The notes under the pieces: model-generated
The model's database searches: none
What the model was told of the DNA's origin: nothing
What the model saw: only the letters and a program-made list of their open reading frames with translations
Assembly: GCA_964016885.1 (NCBI GenBank)
Contig: OZ024743.1
Location: forward strand, 340,628,001 to 340,692,000
Direction: 5' to 3'
From: Eledone cirrhosa
Taxonomy: Eukaryota
DNA length: 64,000 bases
Translations under genes and position numbers: made by a program
Shown here: in pieces, positions 47,816 to 62,569 of the stretch
Numbering within the stretch: position 1 is the stretch's first letter
Layout: each line of letters starts with the position of its first letter

Positions 47816-48629
47816 ATGTATACACACATACACACACACACATATATACATACAAATATAGATACTGTATATACACACACATATTTATATATATATATTT
47901 GCATGTATATTGAAGAGCGACTACTTTCGAGTTTCCGATTCTTTATTAGAACCTTCTCGTGTTTTCTAATAAAGTGTCTACAGGTTGTTTGTAACAGCAA
48001 TTATCCCTTTGACAACGTTTTCAACATTTCCAAAGCCATACGGTTTCATCACCATGAAAATGATCAACGGGTTTAACAAATTCGACAGCAAAAATGAAAT
48101 CATTTGCTACATTGGCCAGCTCTCTCTCTCGAAGGCTCACCATGCATTTACATCAAGAAAAAAATTGCAATACACTACACCTCACACTACAGAAGAAAGT
48201 TAGATAGGAGAACTTTACCAGTCAATACATAATTTCGATGAAAAATAGGCAACATATATATATATATATATATATAGGCGAAAACATATAGTTTTGAAAC
48301 CTATATACATGGGCTGATTATCTGTTTGCCGGAAAATAGAATTAAGGTGTTCGTTCTTACATAGCTATATACAAATATAAGTACGAATATTTTGTATATT
48401 TAACGATATACGGTATGTTTATGAATAAACTCTTGTAAGCTTTCAGCTATGAATTTTGTAATCTGACATCGTAGCTCCATCTAGCAGATTCCAGCAGAAA
48501 CGAGGGTGGGTGTATTATTTATATTTAATCGATTTTGATGAGTTTATTATAACAGAAATGAAATATTCCAGTTATTTTAGCGAAACGGTTGTAATTAAAT
48601 TAAATAATTAAATTTAAATCATTGTTCAT

Positions 48630-48761
<132 letters not shown>

Positions 48762-49045
48762 CAAAAAGTTATCGCCCTACATGGTTGAATACAATAAATG
48801 TAATCTGAATTTTTTGAATATTAATAATAATTACAAACGAATCGAATATTATTATTAGTTCAAATCCCTTACGTCCCTTTACAGTCTGAGTTCAAATCCC
48901 GCCGAGGTTAACTTTGCCTTTCGTCCTTACGGGGTCGATAAAATAAAGTACCAGTAATGCACTGGGTAATTGCTGGCCTTGTGCCAAAAGTAGAAACAAT
49001 TATTAATATTCGAAAATCTCAGATTACACACACACACACACACAC

Positions 49046-49076
<31 letters not shown>

Positions 49077-49134
49077 TGTATGTATGTATGTATGTATGTA
49101 TGTATGTATGTATGTATGTATATATATATATATA

Positions 49135-49530
49135 GTTGTGTATAATGGTAGCTATGGTGCTTCCAGCGGCGGTATACCAAAATTAGCACTCGATATTCAT
49201 CAGAGTAGAGTGTAGATATTATAAAGAAAACGAAAAAACAGTGATGCATCTGGACTTAGTTTATTTCGTGTTACAAATGTTTCGCCGGCATGTAGCTCGA
49301 GTCATGGTCCTTGTATGGATCTGGCTGATTCTACTTCTGCGGGTTCTTTCAGACACGGGTGTTTCGTCCGGAGCAAGTTTTAGACCCGTGTCTGAAAGAA
49401 CCCGCAGAAGTAGAATCAGCCAGATCCATACAAGGACCATGACTCGAGCTACATGCCGGCGAAACATTTGTAACACGAAATGAACGAAAATCCAGATGCA
49501 TCACTGATTTTTCGTTTTCTTTATAATATA
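49135..49530. mobile_element. Palindrome (arms about 49215-49361 and 49384-49530) with variant HHRs
   Basis: cgtgt-CTGAAAGA-..-GAAA-catttg-TA-acacg at 49387-49477, plus its mirror copy. Confidence 0.75.
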
Positions 49531-49539
49531 TATATATAT

Positions 49540-49857
49540 GAAGTAATTCCGTCGGAAAAGTCCAGGAAAAAAGAGTGCTCTATGTAGGTAACAGAGCTTA
49601 ATAGTTATGTAATAAACAACATAAGGCAATTATTCCATTTACCAGTGGTTTCTTAAAAGCAAAAAATTTTGCATACAATCCTCAGAATGAAAACATCCTG
49701 GTCTGTTTATTGAATTTGGATTTTAAAAACAAAAATGCAATCCAAATTCAATAAACAGACCAGGATTTTTTCATTCTGAGGATTGAAAGCAACATTTTTT
49801 GCTTTTAAGAAACCACTGGTAAATGGAATAATTGCCTTATGTTGTTTATTACATAAC

Positions 49858-49860
<3 letters not shown>
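49540..49860. mobile_element. Palindrome (49602-49860) with opposed HHRs at 49772-49825(+) and 49636-49689(-)
   Basis: catt-CTGAGGA-ttgaaagc..gcttttaa-GAAA-ccactgg-TA-aatg. Confidence 0.85.
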
Positions 49861-49913
<53 letters not shown>

Positions 49914-49938
49914 AGCGACTACTTTCGAGTTTCCGATT

Positions 49939-49986
<48 letters not shown>

Positions 49987-49991
<5 letters not shown>

Positions 49992-50135
49992 CGAAGTTAA
50001 GCAAAGTCGAGCCTAGTTAGTACTTAGATGGGTGACCGCTTGGGAACCCTAGGTGCCGTAAGCATTTACTCAAGGGCGGTGCCGTAGCATGGCCTCAGCC
50101 GGAGAGCTGGAACAGGTAAAAGAGTAAAAGTGTAA
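49987..50135 (+). mobile_element. 5S rRNA-derived fragment (3' two-thirds, 49987-50063) fused to a short tail; SINE3-like
   Basis: ATCACCGAAGTTAAGC..GCCTAGTTAGTACTTAGATGGGTGACCGCTTGGGAA..GGTGCCGTAAGC matches metazoan 5S rRNA including the internal control region; the tail ends in (GTAAAAGA) repeats. Confidence 0.8.
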
Positions 50136-50222
50136 TATATATATATATATATAAATAAAATAAAATAAGGTGTAGGTACGAAGTATTAATGTAACATCAT
50201 TATGCATATTCACACGTGGCGC

Positions 50223-50280
<58 letters not shown>

Positions 50281-50889
50281 TTTAGTACAGCATTAGCGGC
50301 CAAGCTAACGAATGCAAATTCGGTCTGTAGCTTTAGCACTCAGATGGGGAAAAGTACCCCAGAGTAATAACAATACGTTTAGACAGCTTAGCAAATCACA
50401 CTACACATACACACTATAGTTGAAGGTGTCGTGCAGTGGGACTGATACCATAAACTTGTGATTGCAAAAAGAAGCCCTAAACAACTCAGCAATGCCTTCG
50501 ACTGTTTTCTATAACATCGGATATGTAGGTACTGCACTCATACGCTTTCTATGAATATCAATTTACCATCATTCATCCCTCCCGGAATTATTCATGTCAA
50601 ATATCGGCAGTTGACTCAATCAAATACACTTGATGTTTACATGCTTCAAATCGCTTTAACATTTCAAGTTTAACATTCAGTCAAATGCTTTTGTTGGCAA
50701 CATAGTCGAACTTTTAGTCACAGACCGTTTCAAGATCATTATGGTCAAACTATGGTGTGAACATTCCTGGTACCCGTGGGAATACGCAAGAGTGTGAATA
50801 ATAGTTTCTTTCATATTAGCATACTATCATTATAATGATGTAGTGATATTCAAACATGAATTACAATATTATCTACAAGTAAAGAGAGC

Positions 50890-51139
<250 letters not shown>

Positions 51140-51303
51140 GGCGCTCTATCTCAAAATTATTTTTGAAAAGCATTAGAAATGCGCAACCGGTAAAACTTAA
51201 AACCAAAACTGAATACTAACCAATACTATTACTAATTTTTACTTATTCCTAATTAAACTATTTTTCACTGGGAACAATTTGTCAGCATTTTCTTTTCCTT
51301 TTA

Positions 51304-51477
<174 letters not shown>

Positions 51478-51488
51478 CATATATATAC

Positions 51489-51519
<31 letters not shown>

Positions 51520-51678
51520 TAATTATTCAAATTCCATTATTGTAATCAATTAAATTGAAAATTCATATCTAAGTAGTTCGATGATTAAAATATTGAAATA
51601 ATCAAAAGTTAGCGCTCCAAGACTTATATGTAATGCATATGATGCATCTGGATTATGATGCTTTTAATAGTATTTTTG

Positions 51679-51819
<141 letters not shown>

Positions 51820-51909
51820 ATATACAAATATATATGTATCTGAATGTGTATATACATATGCATATTCACATACATATGCGCGTATTTATGTTCCCCCACA
51901 CACACTTTT

Positions 51910-51955
<46 letters not shown>

Positions 51956-52031
51956 CGAAGGAAATGTGGTACGGAACCAGATGGACCATAACGCACCAAA
52001 GTATTCAATACTTAGGGTAGTAGAGTGGGTA

Positions 52032-52159
52032 ATAGGAACGAGTAGGACCCCGACGGCTGAGCTTAAGCCGTTTCGACGGCTAATTCTGGACTAAATCATT
52101 TAGTCCAGAATAAGCCGTCGAAACGGCTTGAGCTCACCCGTCGGGGTCCTACTCGTTCC

Positions 52160-52162
<3 letters not shown>
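52032..52162. repeat. Palindrome with ~63-bp arms holding the 3' half of an HHR
   Basis: ..gccgtc-GAAA-cgg..ccg-TC-gggg; the CTGANGA half is absent. Confidence 0.7.
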
Positions 52163-52185
<23 letters not shown>

Positions 52186-52191
<6 letters not shown>

Positions 52192-52949
52192 AAGAAAGAA
52201 AAGTAACAGGGTTGGCTCTACAATAAGGGCTTTGTTCAAATTGGAAATATCTACTACAAGCATCTATCTGTCAAACCATAAATTAATCTCCGTTTTATTG
52301 TTGTTCATTTTTCAGACCTACAGCTCATTTGTATCTAAATCTCTCATAATTGCACTTACAGTTGAAACCCTAAAATCTGATTCTAAGTACATTTTATTAT
52401 TTTATTCCTTTATCTACTTTTAATGTACCCTACCTTAGACTTCGCATGTCACTTCATACATCTGTATCATCGCTGTTTATTTACCATGAGTGTTTTATTA
52501 TTGATGTTATTGTTTTAATTATTCGCTATATCACTATTTTGTTATTCATGTTATTGTTTTGGTTTAACACCACTCTTCTATAAAAGCCATGCCTTGCGTA
52601 TTATTTTCATATCCACTTACTCTGATGTGTTGACTGGCTGTAAACAACCTATTGGAGATCGATTGACGCAGCATCAAGCGATCAGCGAACTCTAGACGCA
52701 ACAGATCAACGAAACAATTGTCAGCAATTTGAATAAAGCCCTTATTGTACAGCCAACCATATTACTATTCTTTCTTTAACTATTATTACTCCAAGTATAA
52801 CCTGCATAGAAACTACCGCCAACTCGCTACATCACTATGGAAGCATCTTGTTGAGTCAAACTAAGCCGCACGTTAAAACCATTCACAACACGGAGTACTC
52901 TAACTAGACTACCTCTAAGTGGATCACATATAACGATAACTTGTTATCC

Positions 52950-52950
<1 letters not shown>
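52186..52950 (+). mobile_element. PLE-type terminal remnant with a short inverted 5' piece and a long-stem HHR (52617-52727)
   Basis: ttact-CTGATGT-gttga..tcaac-GAAA-caattg-TC-agcaa; 52186-52243 is inverted at 52725-52782; the tail resembles 13845-14012. Confidence 0.7.
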
Positions 52951-52981
<31 letters not shown>

Positions 52982-53382
52982 ATAATAATAAAATTGAAAC
53001 TCCGTTTGTATTGTCTGAGAAAAAAAACTGAAATTAGCCTGGGCTATAGGTGTTATCTTGCTTTTAGAGCCAAATATGCAAAACGTAAAGAGAAATAACA
53101 GAGCAAACGATACAGTGCAATGAAGAAATATATTAGTTTAAAACTTGAGATAGTAGGAAAAGAGACTTTGCATTTCGGACACTAGTCCTTCATTGAAGAC
53201 AGAATGAGAAATAAAAATGAAAGAGAAAGGAAGAGAGAGGGGGGGGGGGAGACAGAGAGAGAGTGTGTGTGTGTGAGAACAGGAAAGAACGGAAAACATT
53301 TTTTTAGATAAACACGCGTATGTATTCAGTCAGCCATTTGAGAGAAAATCCATACATACATAGCTACACATACACACGCACG

Positions 53383-53523
<141 letters not shown>

Positions 53524-53669
53524 TCATCACAAACACTCGTATATATACATATACATATACATATATATGTATATAATTAAATGCTCAGATTTATTCTTTG
53601 AGCTAATTTTGGGAGACAGGTCACATGTTTGAGATTATCTCAATCATGACCTCCATAACTTTGAATGTA

Positions 53670-53927
<258 letters not shown>

Positions 53928-53980
53928 ATATATTTATATATACATGTATATGTATATATATATATGTATATTTATATGTA

Positions 53981-54026
<46 letters not shown>

Positions 54027-54403
54027 TGTGTGTTTATTTATTTATATGCGTGTGTGTTTATTTATTTATATGCGTGTGTGTTTATTTATTTATATGTATA
54101 TCTAAGTACACTCATGTGAACACATAATTGCAAACAAAATAAAATGGGAAGCCACAGTTCACAATACTAGAAGAAGAATTATATCACTCCTACTTCTTCG
54201 GCCTTTCATCACATTTTTAAAACTTCCTTTTCGATTTCTCCTACATGCGCAATTTATTTATATATATACTTGTAACGTTAATACGAATTTTCCAACAGTT
54301 TCCTTTCGCTTCAAGAGGTTCGTGCAAGTTCATCAAATTCATATTCGATATTTACTTTTGCTTTGATTTTTGTATATTTGTATACATGAATATATATATA
54401 TAT

Positions 54404-55001
<598 letters not shown>

Positions 55002-55121
55002 TGACTTTGAAGGAGTGATGCTAGGGCTGTGAAATCTTGCAAGCATTAATATCTTATCAATAACTGACTTTCCAAGAACTAAGTTGAAAAATATACTTCA
55101 TTTAGACATTCCTCGTTCATG

Positions 55122-55191
<70 letters not shown>

Positions 55192-55769
55192 TATATATAT
55201 ATATATATTGTTATACTTGGGGAGGGTCATATTTGCGTAATATTGCCAGAATTAATAACAGAACACACTCACTGTTTGGTTGGTTTTCGCTTCTCGCTGT
55301 CTTTTATTATATCTGCGATCTAACTTACTCGGTCCTCAATGTTGCCATTGACTGACCGGTGGTCAAAAATAATACAGATACAATATAGACACAAACACAT
55401 ATATATATATATAGTTTACATAATTTACATAAATCTTTCGTTGCACATCTGCAACATCGTCAGTGGTGTTATATTCATTGTTCCTCCTGTTGTGTTGTAT
55501 GCCTACGCCATTTTTTATTCAGTCTGTCTATATATTTATTTATTTATTTGCTTGTTTGTTTATCTTATTTTATTTATTTTATTTATTTATTTTTTTTTTT
55601 TGTCTTCTTTGCGCATGCGTTTGCGTGTGTGTATAGTGTTATGTGTGATGTGTGACTAGTGTGTATAGTGTTGTGTCTGCTGGGTGACTAGTGTGTGTTT
55701 ATGTGCTTGTTGTTATTGTGCTTGTGTATGTATTTATTCATCTTATTTTATTTTATTTTATTTACTTAT

Positions 55770-56660
55770 TTATACTTCTCTTAGGTCAGTGTTGTTTGTT
55801 TGGGTGTTGTTGTTGTTCCACTCATTCTTTCTGTTTAGCTTTGGTCTTCTAATTTCTATTTCACTGGCCTCTCTGATTTGCCTATCTGCTGGGTCATTCC
55901 TATGTTTAGATATTATTCTAATTTCTATGTTGTCTATGTTACCGTCATGTTGTTGTCTAGCATGTTCGTATAGTACTGACCCGTTTTTTCGTCCTTTTAG
56001 TTCCCCCCAGTGTTGGTCTATCCTTTCACCTATGCTACGAGCTGTCTCACCTATGTATGTTGTTGTCATGTTTCTGCAAGTACCCTCTGTACATCTTATG
56101 CTATAGACTACGTTTCTAGTTTTACAGTTTATCCGGGGGTTCACCTTACATATGATACACTTCCTATTGGTACAGTGGGTTTTCTTAAAAGGGTAGGTTT
56201 TGCTGATCAGGGATTTTATGGTGGTTCCTGGCTTTTCTACCACCTTTATTTTTAAGTGGGTCTTTCTCAGGGCCTTTCTACACTGGTTAGCTAATTTCCC
56301 TCCAGGGGTGGCGTCCACAAACATGACACTCTGATATCTCTGGTTGTCGTACCATGATGTGGCCTTCCCTATCTTATGTCTAGCCCTATCTAAGCTATTC
56401 CATGATTTGCTCCTGTATAGTGGGCAGATTCCTTTCATGTCCAGTTCTATGAGGGTCTTATACTTTTCCATGGCTCCTTCGTATACTCTGACTCTGTCTC
56501 TTTGGTTGTAGCCAGAGAACTGCATGCGGTTGATGAAGTGTTGGATGTGTCCTTCCATTTCTGTTGGGTCGCACATGCTGGACACATTCTTCATCACTCG
56601 TACCAAATCTGCGATCAGAAATATGACCCTCCCCAAGTATAACAATATCTGTTTCGACAC
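55770..56660 (-). CDS. PLE RT thumb plus GIY-YIG endonuclease; truncated inverted copy with homology from about 56618
   Basis: LIADLVRVM..RMQFSGY..CTNRKCIIC..NVVYSIRC..YIGETARSIGERIDQH. Confidence 0.85.
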   Translation of the reverse strand: MSKQILLYLGRVIFLIADLVRVMKNVSSMCDPTEMEGHIQHFINRMQFSGYNQRDRVRVYEGAMEKYKTLIELDMKGICPLYRSKSWNSLDRARHKIGKATSWYDNQRYQSVMFVDATPGGKLANQCRKALRKTHLKIKVVEKPGTTIKSLISKTYPFKKTHCTNRKCIICKVNPRINCKTRNVVYSIRCTEGTCRNMTTTYIGETARSIGERIDQHWGELKGRKNGSVLYEHARQQHDGNIDNIEIRIISKHRNDPADRQIREASEIEIRRPKLNRKNEWNNNNTQTNNTDLREV

Positions 56661-56922
56661 ACGATTTCATATAAAAAACCTCGCAAAACTAATTCATCGC
56701 CGCTATGGCATTAGTTTGTGCCAAGCTGAAAGGTTACTGAAAGACACTGTTTTCTGTTATATAAAAACTACAATAACAACAGAACAAATCCGCTTCTTAA
56801 AACACTGTGTTTCCTCCAAAACATACACAACAAACATATCAAAACAAGTAAATAATTTATTATTGAACAAAACACAAGCCGAACGGCTAAAACACACAAT
56901 AACAGTTAATATGATGCAATAA
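56623..56922 (+). pseudogene. N-terminus of the family 2 PLE ORF
   Basis: [32 protein letters not shown]; the same start sequence closes every terminal repeat. Confidence 0.7.
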
Positions 56923-57000
56923 CAGCAAATAGATGACGAGACGGAGGCACAGTTCACCATAGCTAGAAATAAGATTAGACAGGTAGTAGACAGGTACACT

Positions 57001-58119
57001 ATGAGACAGAGCAGACCAGAGGCCCAACAACTTGGGAGAAAACCTGTAGAAGGCTTGGTTAGCCTCAAGCAGCGCACAAGGGATGGTGAGGTAGTGTGTC
57101 TACCCACAGATAAGTCTGGTAGGATGTCAATAGATAGCATGCCGAACTACATCGAGGCAATGCAACCCCACATCACCAACACGAGCGAAGTTGCACAAAT
57201 AACACACGATGGGAGAGAAAAAATCCTCAACGCTCACATGATGATGTGGACTGACATCCTAAAGCCAAGCAGACGCACAGATTTGGTACGAGTGATGAAG
57301 AATGTGTCCAGCATGTGCGACCCAACAGAAATGGAAGGACACATCCAACACTTCATCAACCGCATGCAGTTCTCTGGCTACAACCAAAGAGACAGAGTCA
57401 GAGTATACGAAGGAGCCATGGAAAAGTATAAGACCCTCATAGAACTGGACATGAAAGGAATCTGCCCACTATACAGGAGCAAATCATGGAATAGCTTAGA
57501 TAGGGCTAGACATAAGATAGGGAAGGCCACATCATGGTACGACAACCAGAGATATCAGAGTGTCATGTTTGTGGACGCCACCCCTGGAGGGAAATTAGCT
57601 AACCAGTGTAGAAAGGCCCTGAGAAAGACCCACTTAAAAATAAAGGTGGTAGAAAAGCCAGGAACCACCATAAAATCCCTGATCAGCAAAACCTACCCTT
57701 TTAAGAAAACCCACTGTACCAATAGGAAGTGTATCATATGTAAGGTGAACCCCCGGATAAACTGTAAAACTAGAAACGTAGTCTATAGCATAAGATGTAC
57801 AGAGGGTACTTGCAGAAACATGACAACAACATACATAGGTGAGACAGCTCGTAGCATAGGTGAAAGGATAGACCAACACTGGGGGGAACTAAAAGGACGA
57901 AAAAACGGGTCAGTACTATACGAACATGCTAGACAACAACATGACGGTAACATAGACAACATAGAAATTAGAATAATATCTAAACATAGGAATGACCCAG
58001 CAGATAGGCAAATCAGAGAGGCCAGTGAAATAGAAATTAGAAGACCAAAGCTAAACAGAAAGAATGAGTGGAACAACAACAACACCCAAACAAACAACAC
58101 TGACCTAAGAGAAGTATAA
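57001..58119 (+). CDS. PLE protein with an in-frame deletion of the RT core (pre-RT region fused to thumb plus GIY-YIG)
   Basis: PTDKSGR..ILKPSRRT|DLVRVM; everything from YGLRKDHK through YVDD is missing relative to family 1. Confidence 0.85.
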   Translation: MRQSRPEAQQLGRKPVEGLVSLKQRTRDGEVVCLPTDKSGRMSIDSMPNYIEAMQPHITNTSEVAQITHDGREKILNAHMMMWTDILKPSRRTDLVRVMKNVSSMCDPTEMEGHIQHFINRMQFSGYNQRDRVRVYEGAMEKYKTLIELDMKGICPLYRSKSWNSLDRARHKIGKATSWYDNQRYQSVMFVDATPGGKLANQCRKALRKTHLKIKVVEKPGTTIKSLISKTYPFKKTHCTNRKCIICKVNPRINCKTRNVVYSIRCTEGTCRNMTTTYIGETARSIGERIDQHWGELKGRKNGSVLYEHARQQHDGNIDNIEIRIISKHRNDPADRQIREASEIEIRRPKLNRKNEWNNNNTQTNNTDLREV

Positions 58120-58724
58120 ATAAGTAAATAAAATAAAATAAAATAAGATGAATAAATACATACACAAGCACAATAACAACAAGCACATAAACACACACTA
58201 GTCACCCAGCAGACACAACACTATACACACTAGTCACACATCACACATAACACTATACACACACGCAAACGCATGCGCAAAGAAGACAAAAAAAAAAAAT
58301 AAATAAATAAAATAAATAAAATAAGATAAACAAACAAGCAAATAAATAAATAAATATATAGACAGACTGAATAAAAAATGGCGTAGGCATACAACACAAC
58401 AGGAGGAACAATGAATATAACACCACTGACGATGTTGCAGATGTGCAACGAAAGATTTATGTAAATTATGTAAACTATATATATATATATGTGTTTGTGT
58501 CTATATTGTATCTGTATTATTTTTGACCACCGGTCAGTCAATGGCAACATTGAGGACCGAGTAAGTTAGATCGCAGATATAATAAAAGACAGCGAGAAGC
58601 GAAAACCAACCAAACAGTGAGTGTGTTCTGTTATTAATTCTGGCAATATTACGCAAATATGACCCTCCCCAAGAATAACAATATTTGTTTCGACACACGA
58701 TTTCATATAAAAAACCTCGCAAAA

Positions 58725-58832
<108 letters not shown>

Positions 58833-59063
58833 TATATATATATATATATATAAATATATATGTATATATGAATGTATGTATACAAACACACACACACACA
58901 CACATATATATACATATATGTATGATAAGTGGTTCAGTAGAATCGTGGTTTACTCTGGAAGATAGCAAAATCAGCGCACTTTGCTAAGACAGAGTGTATA
59001 TATTAAAATCAATGCTAGGTTTGACATCAAGTTCTTTATTGATTATACAGAGTTACGACCGTT

Positions 59064-59125
<62 letters not shown>

Positions 59126-59245
59126 TTATGGCTGCTAAGATGCGTCAATAGGTGGTATACTGGTTGAGCACTCTATGCTCCTACGGAGCACAGTATGATA
59201 AAATGGAAAACGAAGACTCTGATGCATTGGAACTCTATTTATTAC

Positions 59246-59333
59246 TTATTACAATTGTTTCTCCGGCGAACAGCTCGAGGTGCGATCTGTTTGTGGATCG
59301 AACCTGACTCTGGATTCGCAAGTTCCTCAAATA
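59246..59333 (-). ncRNA. Degenerate long-stem hammerhead motif
   Basis: tat-TTGAGGA-..gcgaa..ttcgc..-GAAA-caattg-TA-ata. Confidence 0.5.
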
Positions 59334-59342
59334 CGTCTAGTG

Positions 59343-61765
59343 AAGTGGTTCCCAACCTTTTATAATAAATTCCACCTTAATGATATAGCCAAACAGTATG
59401 CCCCCCCCCCCCCGCCCACACACACAAAAAAAAAAAAAAAAAATTAGAACTTTTGATATAATTTATTTTATGTAGAAATAATTTCTGCATGTATTTTATT
59501 TCAATCAAATCATTTTTAATTTATTATAAACCTTTTTTCAACAAAAAACATTAAAATAAGAACATATTTAATTTCAAAGAGCAAATTAATGATGTTTCTG
59601 TAATTGTTTGTTTTCAACTAGTTTCTGGAATCTTGGAAGAATAGAGGTATAAGCACACCTCAAGTCATCTTCAACTGCCAATTTGTTTCTTGCCTTTGAT
59701 TTGATTGCTAACATAGCAGAAAACCCGCTCTCACAAAGATAAGTAGATGAAAATGGTAGCAACACATGGATCGCCATGTCAGTTATTCTTGGGTAGGACA
59801 CTTTCATAGAACACCAGAATTCATTCAATTCTTCTGTCTTAAACAAATTCTTTGCTGTGGAATCATTAATTAGTTCAAGGAATTCTTCTTGAACGGCTTC
59901 TGGTACAACTTCCACATCACAAAGAAAGGGATTTCTTGTCAACTCAAGATTTTGTTGACTTAGAACTGGGAAGTACCTCTGAAACTCATCCTCAAGTTGT
60001 AACAGATGCTCAGTTATTTCAAGTTCTGTGGTCATTGGGAGTTGCTCTCCATTTAGAATAGATGTCATTTTTGGAAACAGTATAACATTACCTTGGTGAA
60101 CTCTTTGCCTGTATAATACTAATTGTCCTAGAAAAGCACGGATAGCATCTGTATGTGACAGAATATTGCAATTTTTCCCTTGCAACTTTAAATTCAAACT
60201 ATTGAATATGTCGAAAATGTCAACAAGATAAGCAAGAAGAAGATCAAATTGATCATGTTGAAATTTTTCCAGAATATCTTCCTTCTTTTGCTCTTCAACA
60301 AACGTTTTCACCACATTGTGAAGCGAGAAAAACCTTTCCAAAAATTGACCAGCTGACAACCAAGAGACAGCTGTGTAATAAAGATGAGTATGCTTTGTTC
60401 CCAGGTCATCACAAAGTTGTTTGAACAAACGAGTATTCAGAGCTGATGATTTGATAAAATTTACAATTTTGACAATGTCTTTGAAGAAATTATTTAATTT
60501 TTGAGGCAATGATTTTGATGCAAGGGCTTCCCTGTGTACGAAGCAATGTACTCCTACTACTTGTGGTGCTTTAGCTTTTACCAGTGTTTGAAAAGCAGAC
60601 CTTGATCCAAGAATTGCTGGTGCTCCATCTATTGTTATGCCTATGAGACGTTGCCAAAGAATTCCTTGCTTGTCAATAAATTTAGAAATTGATTCCATGA
60701 CATCAACTGCTTTCGTTGTGCCCTCCAGCGAATGACAGTAAAGAAACTCTTCTTTCATATGACCATTAAACAAATAGCGACAGAAGACTAGGAGTTGAGA
60801 ACACATGGAAACATCAGTTGATTCATCAAGCTGCAATGCAAACCATGGTGAATCCTTAATTTGCTCAACGATTTGATCCTTCAAATCTTCCGATATATCA
60901 TTTATCCTTCGTTTTATCGTATTATTTGACAAGGATATATCATTTAACTTCTTTGAAGCACTTTCTCCAACAACAAGTTTAACCATCTCTTTGGCACAAG
61001 GCAAAATCAGTTCCTCAGCAATCGCGTGTGCCTTCTTTTGTTGAGCAATCAGATAAGCAACGCGATAGGAAGCTTCAAACAATAGTGGCCTTGGTCTCAT
61101 GAATAGTACCACTTACATCAAGCTTTCCTTTTAAAAAAGGATTCATCTTACCCAAGAAGTTGAGGGTGACATTTTGAAAGATGTAATTTGAGCTTAGAAG
61201 GCCTCATAGAGTATTTTCCAGTACCTTGAAACAAGTTACACATTGAGGCAAATCAATATTGTTCTTTTGCATGCAAACAAATCCCATTTGAAGATATGTA
61301 TCATCATACTTTCTTTTTTTCTGTTTTCCTGACATTGAGAAGTTCACTAAAATAAATAAAAAAGTTTCTATATCCAGTTTTAAATGATAAATTTACTAAA
61401 ATAAATAATGAAAAGTACTTCAAAATAGTCAAAGTAATTTTGTCAATGAGAAATTTACTAAAATAAATAATATATATCCTGTTATAAAAATAAGTTTCTT
61501 TACTAAGTTTCTTTACTAAAACATAAATTGTTATATCCAGATTTAAATAATTATCAAGTGAAGTAAAATCATGATTAGAAAAGGTAGAAAGTTGATAAAA
61601 AGTTGAATATAAAAATTTGAAGCAAGAAAAAGAAAAATTTATGTTAGGAAACTACTCTTCTTTTTTATGTACGAAATTTTGTGATTTTTAGTTAATTCCC
61701 GTGGCTCCCCCAATAACTTTCTATGGCCCATTGGTGGGACATGGGCCCCTGGTTGGGAACCAATG
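59343..61765 (-). mobile_element. hAT DNA transposon (Buster/Charlie/SPIN group)
   Basis: TIRs AAGTGGTTCCCAACC and GGTTGGGAACCAATG; 8-bp TSD GTCTAGTG at 59335-59342 and 61766-61773. Confidence 0.95.
59586..61112 (-). CDS. Buster-type hAT transposase; the frameshifted BED-finger N-terminus extends to an ATG at about 61335
   Basis: LSNNTIKRRI, FALQLDESTD, ITIDGAPA, HCFVHREALA, LLPFSSTYLCESGFS; upstream MSGKQKKRKYDDTYLQMGF..PQCVTCFKVL. Confidence 0.92.
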   Translation of the reverse strand: MVLFMRPRPLLFEASYRVAYLIAQQKKAHAIAEELILPCAKEMVKLVVGESASKKLNDISLSNNTIKRRINDISEDLKDQIVEQIKDSPWFALQLDESTDVSMCSQLLVFCRYLFNGHMKEEFLYCHSLEGTTKAVDVMESISKFIDKQGILWQRLIGITIDGAPAILGSRSAFQTLVKAKAPQVVGVHCFVHREALASKSLPQKLNNFFKDIVKIVNFIKSSALNTRLFKQLCDDLGTKHTHLYYTAVSWLSAGQFLERFFSLHNVVKTFVEEQKKEDILEKFQHDQFDLLLAYLVDIFDIFNSLNLKLQGKNCNILSHTDAIRAFLGQLVLYRQRVHQGNVILFPKMTSILNGEQLPMTTELEITEHLLQLEDEFQRYFPVLSQQNLELTRNPFLCDVEVVPEAVQEEFLELINDSTAKNLFKTEELNEFWCSMKVSYPRITDMAIHVLLPFSSTYLCESGFSAMLAIKSKARNKLAVEDDLRCAYTSILPRFQKLVENKQLQKHH

Positions 61766-61791
61766 GTCTAGTGGTTTCGGAGCAAATCCCC

Positions 61792-61875
<84 letters not shown>

Positions 61876-62569
61876 TTATTTAGATCTCGTTGTATACAAT
61901 TTTCTCAACAAACTCCTTTGGGATACACGCATAGCATTAATTGTATTAAACATTTTCAGCCAGCAGCCTAATCTATGAAAACAGTACAATTACTGTATCG
62001 ACAGATTAACATATGAAAACGTTAAAATACTCACGATTGCATCAATTGAAACAGCCAGTATCTTCCTAGTTTAGCACTCAAAAATCCATCGGACTACAAA
62101 ATCCACGTCGAAGGTGATACAGTACTGTTTCAAATTCCGCGGAGAATCCACTGGTCATCGATTAATAATAACCAGAAAATTATTCCGGACAAGGGAATTC
62201 TGATCGTATATACATATCTGTCTGCTACAATTTTCATGTAATCCAGTACAATCTGCTTCATGCTCGAGTGTTCATCGACTAAACCGGCTCTCCCACTAGA
62301 ACCCCAGCAGCACAAAAACAAAAAAAAAAAACAAAAGAAAGAAACCAACAAAAGGTGTAAAAAGGGTGGAGGAACTTTACAGAGCCAACGGTTATCCAAC
62401 CTAGATATGGGTTAAATAGTTTCATCAACGCGTAGTTGACTAAGCGTGGTATAGACGGCTTCACCCCTGATATAACCAAAACCAAGCAGAAAGTGGTGGA
62501 GGTCAACCACGTAGGGCTTGCTCCAACAGGGGTAAGAAGGCCTTGAATTGAATCGGATATATATATATG

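Noticed and set aside
49987-50063. Functional 5S rRNA gene
   Set aside because: The first ~40 nt are missing, there is no oligo-T terminator, and it is embedded in (TA)n.
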